Source: Azolla caroliniana (Eukaryota > Plantae > Polypodiophyta). From it: DNA of 64,000 bases. Below are positions 36,078-51,631 of the stretch, in pieces. How positions within the stretch are numbered: the stretch's first letter is position 1; every line of letters starts with the position of its first letter. The notes under the pieces were generated by a model that made no database searches, had not been told where the DNA came from, and was given only the letters and a program-made list of their open reading frames with translations. The position numbers and the translations under genes are program-made. Where the stretch lies: assembly GCA_043228905.1 (NCBI GenBank), contig JBHGNT010000008.1:3162001-3226000 (forward strand), written 5' to 3'.

Positions 36078-37633
36078 TGTGAAATGCACATAAGAGATCA
36101 AAACCAGTCTAGTTAGCTTCTTACTTCTTACTCAATTTATAGTTTATACAAAGGTACCCATTTGGGTTGGCTTAGCTTAAAAGGGTATGCTAAAAGGGTG
36201 GGTCGGCTTAGGTACATGCATCCTAAAAAGGGTGTGCCAAAAGAGTGGCACAAAGGCATACATGCACACCACATTTCCCCCCTGAGAGAAACAAGGAGGT
36301 TTACAACACGGGGAAAGGATGGGGGTCAGAAGATGGGCCTAGGGTGGCATATTGGCAGGTTCAGAATGGACGTCAATAGACGATTTTGGTGGGAGGTGAG
36401 GATCACACCCATAGAGTGCTCTAAAAGGGCTGATTTGTGCGGCAACCTCCTACTTGAGGGTCTTGTTGAGGCATTCGGTGAAGATGGCGTGGGGATGTAA
36501 ACATCTACGGACACGTAGTTGAGTTGCAACGACGTTGAGGACATCCCCCGTGGATTTGTTGGCCTTGATAGTTGGACGGGGCTAGTGACGGAAAACGAGC
36601 TATCAATCGGCGAATAGAGATCAATCACTCTTGTGGACTGAGGGCCACCTGGACTTAGCTGAGGTGGGGGACATGAGGGCTATCGTGTCAGAGGGGGATC
36701 GAGGAAAGATCATATGGTGGCGAAGATCAATCGCTCCTGTGGACTGAGGGCCACTTGGACTTAGCTGAGGTGGGGGACAGGAGGGCTATCGTGTCGGAGG
36801 GGGATCGAGGAAAGATCATATGGCGGCGAAGATCAATCACTCCTGTGGACTGAGGGCCACCTGGACTTGGCTGAGGTGGGGGACAAGAGGGCTATCGTGT
36901 CAGAGGGGGATCGAGGAAAGATCATATGGCGGCGAAGATCAATTGCTCCTGTGGATTGAGGGCCACCTGGATTTGGCTGAGGTGGGGGACAAGAGGGCTA
37001 TCGTGTCAAAGGGGGATCGGGGAAAATATCATTTGGCAAAGAAAGATCAATCACTCTTGTGGTCTAAGGGCCACCTGGACTTGGCTAAGGTGGGGGTCAG
37101 GAGCGCTATCGTGTAGGAGGGGGATCAGAGAAACTCATGGGACAAGAAGTTAATGGGCAACCTAAGGTGATGGGGAAGAGTTGGTGGAGCAAGACATAAA
37201 AGTGGTGTGAGAAAGTGAGTGTCTAAGGTGAAGGTGTAGTGGGCTTACGTGCTAGAGAGGTATAGATGGCGATCGCCAAAAAAGGACTTGGATGGAGGAA
37301 GCGGTGGATATCGGGAGGCCTAACTAGTGAACTAAGGCAGTGCTAATAGAAGAGATACTACTACAAGAGACTAACAAGAGTGTCGGTGATGGTGGCGAGG
37401 GCGATGCTACCTACGAAGCGGAAGAGGCGGATGCTTGGATGTGGGGGACTGGTACCCCGCATCTCCACCAATATGTGAAATGCACATTAGAGATCAAAAA
37501 CTGTCTAGTTAGCTTCTTACTTCTTACTCAATTTATAGTTTATACAAAGGTACCCATTTGGGTTGGCTTAGCTTAAAAGGGTATGCTAAAAGGGTGGGTC
37601 GGCGAGTGGCACAAAGGCATACATGCACACCAC
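36078..37633 (-). mobile_element. Short-LTR non-autonomous Gypsy derivative (TRIM-like), copy 2
   Basis: Near-identical LTRs at 36078-36273 and ~37474-37633. PBS (rc) TGGTGGAGATGCGGGGTACC at ~37451-37470; PPT (rc) CAGGGGGGAAA; degenerate integrase remnant at 36400-36600; probable TATAT TSD. Confidence 0.88.
36615..37130. repeat. ~106-bp tandem repeat, 5 copies, internal to TRIM copy 2
   Basis: AAGATCAATCACTCCTGTGGACTGAGGGCCACCTGGACTTGGCTGAGGTGGGGGAC... at ~36617, 36723, 36829, 36935 and 37043. Confidence 0.95.
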
Positions 37634-38647
37634 TATATAACTAACTTTTATAATTCCCTTGAATCATGAAGTTTTACCTTTGAACCATAACAATTTCTTT
37701 AAGCTTTAGTTTTCTTTTGAGTTTATAAAAAGTAACCTTTTAACAATTCAACTCAAGTCAAAATTGAACCAAAAAATCGCAAATTTACAACTTACAAGCT
37801 TGTAGATCCCTCAAAACGATTTGATTTGAAAATTTTCAAAACATTGTTGGTTTAAAAGTTTTCACACTTCAATTAGGATTGGTTAGGTTGCAAAAACCTT
37901 TAACAGCTTCAATTTGCAACTCCCAAACCAGACTATTGCCAATTACTATTCATATATATTCCTTATAGAATGAGGAATTGTCCTTATTTCAAATCAATTT
38001 CTCATTACATATGAATGGATTTTCATTCTATACAATGGCTGAGAGTTAACATGACCTGGCAATTAGAATCCTTGCAACCTTTTTCTCATAAATGTCATCA
38101 CTCTAATGACTAGATTTTCAAGGAATCACGACTCTAGTGAACAAAGGAAAGCACTTATGAGGTTTTCGTAGGCAATTCAATATGTTTGAATTAAAACTTG
38201 TTCATATTATTTCTTCTCTAGACAAGGCAAATACATTGCGAACATTTGAAACATGATGACATGTATGGATACACAGAACTACCAACTAGATTTGTGGCAA
38301 TTGTACAATATTTCTTAATCATCCAATGGGGGCCAATGAATCATGTATTTTACATGGTTGGGAACTCAAATCGCCACTTTGCTCTCAATTGAGACTCTCC
38401 TAAAGACAAGACGGTTACGGTAACACAATTGCTTCAGCATCTATTACAATTGATAAAGCAAAAGTTAGTAGTGACAAAGTTATTTCCATGCATGTGAAAA
38501 TGCATTGTGATTTTTTCATGAGTTTACATCATGCAAATATTTAAATCAGTGAAAACTAGCCCATGCATCAGAAACAAGGAAAATGTTTGTCATTGTAACA
38601 TTGAGAGGGTATTATATATATAGTCTATATAATACAGAGAGATTACT

Positions 38648-38790
38648 ATTATTATGGGAAAGCAAGTATAACAAAATACATATGAATTATTATTGATAGA
38701 TGGTCAACATATGTAGTATCAACCAATATTATTATGGCAAAGCAAGTATAACAAAATACATATGAATTATTATTGATAGATGGTCAACAT
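38648..38790. repeat. ~80-bp tandem duplication in the FNR 3' UTR
   Basis: ATTATTATGG.AAAGCAAGTATAACAAAATACATATGAATTATTATTGATAGATGGTCAACAT occurs twice. Confidence 0.9.
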
Positions 38791-38865
38791 TGATGATGAT
38801 GATGAGGATGATGATGATGGTATGAATTATGCTTAGTTGTTACCTGATACTTGATCAGCCTTTGC

Positions 38866-42413
<3,548 letters not shown>

Positions 42414-42529
42414 TGCAGGTGCTTCCTTCTTCTTCTTCTTCTTCCTTCTCCTTTCTTCTTCTTCTCCCTCTTCCTCCTCCTCTTCTTCTTCTTCTTCTTA
42501 GCCATAGCTAACTTTTGTATTATCATATT

Positions 42530-42566
42530 GTATGTGGCTCTCAATGGATAGCTTATCTCATCCACA
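42530..42566 (-). promoter_or_regulatory. Candidate light-responsive elements upstream of FNR (I-box GATAAG, GCCAC/SORLIP1-like)
   Basis: The minus strand reads TGTGGATGAGATAAGCTATCCATTGAGAGCCACATA ~120-150 bp upstream of the ATG. These are short motifs, so function is inferred only. Confidence 0.4.
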
Positions 42567-42972
42567 CACACACACACACACACACACAAGGAGACAATAA
42601 CAAAGTGCCTAACTTAAGCTTCTCTTCTTCTTCTTCTTCTTCTTCTTCTTCTTCTTCTTTCATATACCTGCCTGGTCCTGACCGCACCCCGGCCATGTAC
42701 CGCATTCATACAGATCCCGGCATACCCCCCCCCGTATGCCTTCATGTTTCCCTGCCTTATCCCAATATGACACTTGATGGTCAGTGCCCACCCGCCCATC
42801 CCTTCCTGTTGCCCTACCCTGTTCCCTGTTCCCTGTTCTCGTCACATCAGTGGTCAGTGTTCGCATGTCTCTGCCACCCTAGGTTCTCTGCCAATCCTTT
42901 GTGCTATGTCCCCCCAAGCCTATGCTACTATGACCACACACAAAAAACGCATCGGATTGCGAAAACACGTGC

Positions 42973-43989
42973 GGCATGAATCGTTTGGTTTGTGTATGGA
43001 GGGTTTTTCCTAATGTCTCGATGTGTGCACATGTGTAGGTTTGCATTTGTTAGGTCCTTTTCATACAACACAAACAGTTTAGTCTTATGGTTCCTTTGGC
43101 TAGTGTCGTCACTTCTTAGAATATGCTCCAACTATGTTCAATTGGGTTTGCGCAATTGTGCATGAAAAGCAGCTCACAATCGAGGTGCTTGGAGCTCATT
43201 TTGAGAGTGACGACACGTGCTTCCCCTTGTGTTACATGGAGATTGAGCACCTCGGGGGTTTCTATGGTTGTGATCATGGCATTAAATTCGTTAATCATAC
43301 TAATATCTGCAAGTTTTATTGGTTCAAGTATGACGGGTCACAAAGTAGGTTTAGAATTAGTGACCAACCAAAATGAATGCTCATGTGGCACAATTTTTAT
43401 TGGTGCAAAATCAATGGAATGGTCATAGGCTAGGGCCTTTTTTATTAAGGTCCACGAAAATTTATGTTTAACGCAACATAAAAAACGTTGTTTGCAATAA
43501 AATGCAAGCCCTAACCTCTTCTAAAACCCTATTCAAACAGAGCATCTAGGGGGACTATCTCTTGTCATGACAAGCCATTTGTCACATATATGTGGGGTAG
43601 GCAACTTCTAGCCTTGTTAGTTAATGTTGGACACTAATTACTCGAGCACATAAGTTGTCCCATGTTGATATCAATCTAGCGAGGTTCAATCGCTAACCAA
43701 AAGTGTTACATGGGCATCCACGTTCTTTGATACTTAGTTTCAAGGAGAAGGTTGATAGGTTTTCAACATTACCACAAAATCATCTGAGTTTATCAAGGTT
43801 CATGGATAGTTTGCTACACATGTGCTTATATCTCATACTATGCTTGGGTGCATCTAGTATGTGCCCTATTTTATGGTGTGCTAAACTGTTGCATTGTATG
43901 AAAAGGACCTAACAAATGCAAACCTACACATGTGCACATCAAGACATTAGAAAAAGTCGGCGGCATACACAAACCAAACTATTCATGCC
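42973..43989. mobile_element. Non-autonomous DNA transposon with ~110-bp terminal inverted repeats (Mutator/foldback-like)
   Basis: 42973-43082 is the reverse complement of ~43880-43989 (GGCATGAAT.GTTTGGTTTGTGTATG...GTGTAGGTTTGCATTTGTTAGGTCCTTTTCATACAA). No clear TSD. Confidence 0.75.
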
Positions 43990-45024
43990 ACCCAACCTCG
44001 TGGACATGCCCATCTATTTTAAATGATGGAGAGGTTTGTGCAATTACAAAACCTTGATTTACTAGCATCATTGTGTTTTGTTTTATCAAGAAATTATTGA
44101 AACCTTGCAATTGTCTAGTAATGTTGATCCCATTGGTACATAGAACGAACAAAACATCAAAGTACTTTTAGCCTATGGTTATTTGCTAGCAATACAAAAT
44201 GTTAATATTATGTTAATCTTTTTTCATGGTGATAAAACAAAGGACACATTATTCCTACCATCAAGCATGCTTTGGTTTGATGACGATCAAATTTGTGTGA
44301 ATGGCAAAAGAAGGGATAGATAAACAAATATTATGTTACATGTAGGTGCATTTCTTATCCGTTTATCTTTAGATGTCTATACCGATAATTGCTTTCTCAT
44401 TGAACTCTCTTAGGATAGACTTCTTGGGTCACTCGAAATGTCTCTCTTTTTCACGTGTTCGATATTTGTAAACTGAACATTGGAACTCTATGGAATAGGT
44501 GGATCTATTTATCATTATGTTGTACGTATTCATGTAAACACGCTTTGAAGATTCTCTACGCTTAAGGAACCCATCACAAGACTAATTTGAATGAACTAAA
44601 ATATTTAGGTTGGCCCTCCATACATTAAATTCACAAGATGCATAAGGATCTTATGAGAACGTCTTTGAAGCATTAGCCTTGGCCCCTAAACATAGACATC
44701 AAAGCCCATAGTAAATGTAGTGATAATCTTGTATAGCAATATAGTCTCAGATTTATCCTCATCACTTGAATGACAACACCAATTATACTAAATGCATAGG
44801 GGGATTCTGAGTGTCGAGATATGGATTTTACTTCATTAAAAGAAAATCAACTCGGATATATTGTTGTTTTCTAAAAAAAACTATAATCCATAACCACTTA
44901 CCCAATTTCATTTAGTTTGAGATGGAATTAGCAAATCAAATATTTAAATGTACAACAAGCTCAATGACTTAACTATAGTTTATTCAAGCCCATTTTTATG
45001 ACATGAGGCTATTAATCTTATATA

Positions 45025-45399
45025 TATCAATCGGCAACGGTTTGGTTTGAACCGAACCGAACCATGAAACCGTGGCTTAACGACTTAACGATTTAAACAG
45101 TTCGGTTTGGTTTTGTTTTAACATTTTGAAACCGCGGTTTAAACGGTTTAATGTTTTTAAATTTATTTTTTAAAACAACCTTTTCATTTTTAAGCCCAGT
45201 TCTCTCATTTTAGGAAAGATATTTAAAATTTTGACCTAAGTTGAAAACCGAAACCGAACCACGAAACCGCGGTTTTAGCGATTTGGAATTTTACCTCGCG
45301 GTTCGGTTTAAATGGTTAATGGTTTAGTTCAGTTGGGTTAAAGTTTTAAAATTTTAAAATGGTTAGGTTTGGACATTCTCGAACCGTTGCCGATTGTTA
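45025..45399. mobile_element. hAT-type MITE (AACCG-rich), TAACAATCGG family
   Basis: TIRs TATCAATCGGCAACGG / CCGTTGCCGATTGTTA; perfect 8-bp TSD CTTATATA (45017-45024 / 45400-45407). Confidence 0.92.
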
Positions 45400-46559
45400 C
45401 TTATATACCCATAACCCATCCATTTTTTTGTCGAGAAACAAAGACAGTGGAGGAGAATGACACAAATCAAACGAGAGGGAATTCATGACACCCCATGTCT
45501 TCTCGAATGGACATTACAATCAGTGGTTTATTTGCCCTTGCATGGAATGTCGATGTATATAGACAATTGAAATATGTGATTCTCTATTGACACGTTATCA
45601 ATTTAGAGCTCACATTCAAAAGAAAGAAATGGAACATCATCCCATCTCCTTTCGCCAACGGAACTTACGATTGGGCCCAAAAGGCCCCAAACTATGTAGG
45701 TGCGCAAATGTAGAAAACCCGTCATGTGAAAAAATAAATCATGTCATTGTTAGTGTCTGAGAAAGAACTGCAACTATCCAAGTATTTATACGTTGAACTA
45801 GGATAAATAGGTAATGAGTCGATGAACAATCATGCACACTAACATACATGTATATATGCAAGAAATTGATCAAGGTATTACTCTTATGATTGAACTATCA
45901 AAATACTTGTGAAAGATTGAAATGACCAATTTACACACCCACTTTCACACATGATGATGTATTATCTTTCTCGATGTTTGGAATTTATAACCCAATTGAG
46001 GATTGGAGCAAGCATGTAGATGCAATCAAATAATAGAATATCTTCTCCACACATTAGTCTCAAACGAATCACATGTCGTTAGTACATCTAGTGGCTTTTA
46101 AATATGCAAAAACAAATCGAATTCCTCAATTATTGATTCGATTATTTGGGGTTCCACATGCCACTCATACAAATAATAGAATCACCTATTTGATGCATTA
46201 CTACCACGAGATAAAATATCAGCAATATACTCCTCCCTCCCCCATTCATGGGGAAGAGTTAGCTACTATAAATACCACCCATTTGTTTAGGCATCACGCC
46301 CGAACCTATTTGTTTAGGCATGATGCCCAACCCAAGCACAACCAGGCATCATTGCGGGTAAAGAGTGCACTGCGTGGTGATTGTCAATGCCAAAGACAAG
46401 TAAGTGGACACGATCACGTAGCATATACGCCAAACCTAGGGTCACCGAATATCAAGAAGAATATCTAACATGTGAAACGCACGAAACCATAAGAATTTTG
46501 GTCAAGCTACCGCTCAAATGCGTGTTTATGTATCTTTGGATTCAATTCTTGTAATACCT

Positions 46560-47927
46560 CTCACCTACCCCCCAAAATTGACGCAACATGTTATGTTATT
46601 GCTTTTATATGCATATGATGTGGTACTCTTCTCATATGATTTTGATATTATGCAACATTTACTCAGGGTATTAGAAGAATTTTGCCATAGTAGGGGACTA
46701 GTGGTGAATGTGGAGAAAACAAAGATGACGGCAGTGCAAACCATCCAACCCCATCATTACCCTATGCTCACATATACAATTTGTCCAAAGGTTTAAATAC
46801 CTTGGTATTGATGTACCCGCCACAAATAAATGGAGTGCATGCTTTGATTCTAGGCATCAAGCTGGTTGGAAATCGTATCCCCTTTTCGAGAACCAATGCA
46901 ACCAAAGTGATACTTGTGGATGCGAAGTAAAATTAATGTTGTTCAATGCCATGGTAACTCAAGTATTACTTTATAGAGTAGAAGTATGGGATGACACTAT
47001 CTCTCTTAATGCATGGAATGAGATTGAGAAAATTCAAAATATGTTTAAAAGGAGGCAATCAGGAGTTAAATGCATTACCTCATAGCAGTTTGTGCTCTTG
47101 GAAACAAGTGTTTGGTCAATAGAGATATCGGCACTCCAAATATATGTTACAAAAGTCAAGAATATGCCGAATAATTGATTACCACATCTTCCTTGGAATG
47201 TTGGATGTAAGCTACAAAAGAATCATAAGAGTAAAATTCTCTCATTCGGTTGGGTTGTTGACATAAGAAACTGGTTAAGAAGATGGGTTGTGGATGATTG
47301 TTTAGAGCTTTCGAGTGATGCTATGTATTATTTAATGATCGGGTAAAGGTTGGTGGAATCATTAACGATGAAGTGGGAAGATGCTAAGAGAACAAAGCTA
47401 GAATACTGCATTGCAAATGTCAACCCTGAATGTTGGTTTCAATACAAGGCAAGAATGCATGTTGATCGTATCCAACCTTATCTCATTACTGATATTAGTA
47501 GTAATGCACATAGAGCCCTCACACTCCTCGCACTCGATCTCACAAGCTAGGTATTGAAGTGGCATCATGGTATAAAAAATGTAACGAATTTGAAGGCATA
47601 GAAAGTATGCAATGAAGGCATACTAGAGGGTGAATGTCACTTGTTCTCCACACACTCGACATATAGCGCAATACGTTCAAGATACGATGACATATTAAGC
47701 GGGAGTGATAACTTAAGTGGCATACTTAAGACACCACCTAGAAGAAGGTCGAGCTCGTATGCGTATGCCTGCCTTATTCACGTATAGAGACTTTGTGCTT
47801 CAATGTAAGAAATCCGCTTCTTACGAAGGAGACACATATGAAGAACAAACACATGTATACTCTGGTCCCATAGGTCAAAACTGGGCCCTTTATGGACGAT
47901 AAAAACAAGTCTAAATTCTAAATTCTA
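46560..47927 (+). mobile_element. 5'-truncated degenerate LINE (RTE-like; RT C-terminal half)
   Basis: LLYAYDVVL (decayed YADD), GLVVNVEKTK, FKYLGI, LLYRVEVW; ends in short TCTAAAT repeats. Confidence 0.8.
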
Positions 47928-48019
47928 CCCCCCCCTCCTCCCCAAGTCATTGGCAAAAAGATTGAAATTCCCACTTTGCCCCTTTGTATCTGTTGTCCGG
48001 ACAAATGTGAAACCTGAGT

Positions 48020-48028
48020 AAACCCTAA
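48020..48028 (+). promoter_or_regulatory. Telo-box (AAACCCTAA) in the RPS27a promoter
   Basis: Exact motif ~140 bp upstream of the ATG; typical of plant ribosomal-protein promoters. Confidence 0.65.
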
Positions 48029-48161
48029 CTCTCTTTTTGGCTCGATGGAAATGCGTGTATATATGTATTGCTTACCCTCAGCCCCCGATTTTCCTTTTCT
48101 GTGTAGAGTCTGTGCAGGAGAGCGACGAAGGAAAAGTCTGGAGCTTCGACTGTAGGACAAG

Positions 48162-49416
<1,255 letters not shown>

Positions 49417-50659
49417 GCTTCATACTTAGGGTTTGGACCTTCTATGAAGGAGTAGGTTGCATGCATGAAATTGAGTTTTTGTGTCTGGTGTTTCTTGCGG
49501 ACTATTAAAAAGTATCCTGTTAGTTGTTTAAATATTCAATTGCCAGTTTTCTATGCATTACAAATGTGAATGTTAACTGTTCTTTTGTTTAATCTTGTGC
49601 TGACCATATCTTCATAAAATAGACGTTTTTCTTGGATAATCTTGCCTTAAACTTAAATTGTGTTGCCTTAATGTCATTATTATTGTTGCTAGATTTTTAA
49701 GTAGACACGAAAATCAATACATTGTGAATTTTTTGGATCAATTAAGAGCTTGTACTAGAACAGGTGAAACATCCTTTGATCAGAGAATCTGAAGCAACCC
49801 AATATTACGTAATTTGGAATGTTCCTGGTTTACAGACTTGTTAATGGAAGAATATAGACGATGAGTTCAGCTCAAGAAGAGTTTCATTTCAGCCAGGTTG
49901 ATACTGGGTAATAGTAAGTTGAATAGTCTGAGAAGTTTAATTAACCAGTGACATGCCATGTACCGATTTTGTGTATCTATTTATCTCTGAGAGTTATATA
50001 AACGTAGTCCTGTCCATTGCATAATTTCCATCAAAGCTCTGCCTCCTGGGATAAATTTGATTAATAAAAATATTCAAATCTTAGGATGACTTATCATTCT
50101 AAACATAATGTATGAAGGCTTTGTTCATAGGTGTGCCTTCTCTTTCCCATTTTATTATATCACCTTTATCTCTGTTCATTTTTTTATCCAGTAAAATAAA
50201 GGGACTTGCAGTGGGTTCTCCACAGTTGTATGAACAAACTTTATAGAACTAAATATAGGTTGAAGATTGAAACTAAATATATTGGTTCTCCAGTCACATA
50301 GAAACGTTGGTATGGGGAAAGGTACCGAAGTAAAATTACTTCAATACTGAGAAATGGAAAAGGCCTTTTATATAAAACAGAGTTTCTTTGCATGACATAC
50401 TTCGACTAAATGAAATGGTGATTGACATCAGTACCTCTGATTATCTACATTTTAAAATCAAACTCCCGAAAATTTATAACAATGAGAAACTGGGCATCCA
50501 AGTAAAATGGATCATTTCCCTTTGTTTATGCGAGAAAGAGAGAGAATGGAAACTCTGAAATACTGCAATGGCTTACGGACACCAAATCAAAGATTTTCTA
50601 TTGCTGCTCTATTGACAGAAAAAACATAAACTCATCCAGAATGAAATTTTACAAGCTTA

Positions 50660-51230
50660 CAATTGGGAAACATACATAGAGGCAAATATTATATTCTTGT
50701 TTATATTATTAAAGAGGTACTGTGTAAACATAATGGAAAAAATGCTATACATTTGTTTTATTTACAGAAAAAGAATATGAAGGTCATTGTTATGCAGAAT
50801 GAAATTCTACACGGATAGGATTGGAAACATACAGAGGACACATATTATGTTCTTGTTTATATTCAACGAGGCACTGGTAAACATGATGGAAAAAATGCTA
50901 TACATTGCATGTGAACTAAACCTCCAGTTCGTGTTTCTGTTATGAGAAACCATCGATACATACAGGGCCACATAATATATTCTTTGTTTACATTCAGAGG
51001 CAAAAGTACACACGATGGAAAATAAATGCTCTATACACTGCCATATGAACTTGGACCTGTGCTTGATGTTGCTGTTACGAGACGCCATTGATACATACAG
51101 ATGTATTTACTATATATTCTTGTTTACATTCAGAGAGGCCGAACCAATAGACACAAATGAAAAAAGCTATACACTGCCATATGAACTGGATCTCTGTTTG
51201 GTGTTGCTATTACGAGAAGCCAAGATCATA
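50660..51230. repeat. Four diverged ~135-160 bp tandem units downstream of EXO84
   Basis: ACATACAG...ATTCTTGTTTA(C/T)ATT...GAAAAAA.GCTATACA units at ~50670, ~50827, ~50958 and ~51093. Confidence 0.85.
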
Positions 51231-51631
51231 GAAGTTGATGACAACTGCTTGAATTGCCAAAATGGTCTTCAGAAGCTCATCTAGGCAAAAACTTCATATT
51301 TCGATGAATTATTTTTCCACAGAAAGCCTGTTGAGGTTTGTTCTTAGCATACCTCTGGTTGTCCAAGGTTAAAATGGATCTGTGCATCTTTATACTGTGT
51401 TCACTAATTTGTACACATTCCGGGCACCCTTAATTCCCACATTATATACTGACACTGTGCTCATGCAGAGTTTCTTTATTTGTAACGAGTGGCTTCTATA
51501 AACCACAGAGAATGATTGTGTGAGGCGCTATTGCCAACTCCAGTGGATGAAGATGGCAATAAACTATAAGCCAACATAGCATCCCTTCATGGTGAATTTG
51601 AATTTTTGTGAAGCACAAAGGAATTTTGTGG

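Noticed and set aside
37441-37473. tRNA-Ala gene
   Set aside because: Only the 3' ~27 nt including CCA are present, next to an LTR, so this is a primer-binding site.
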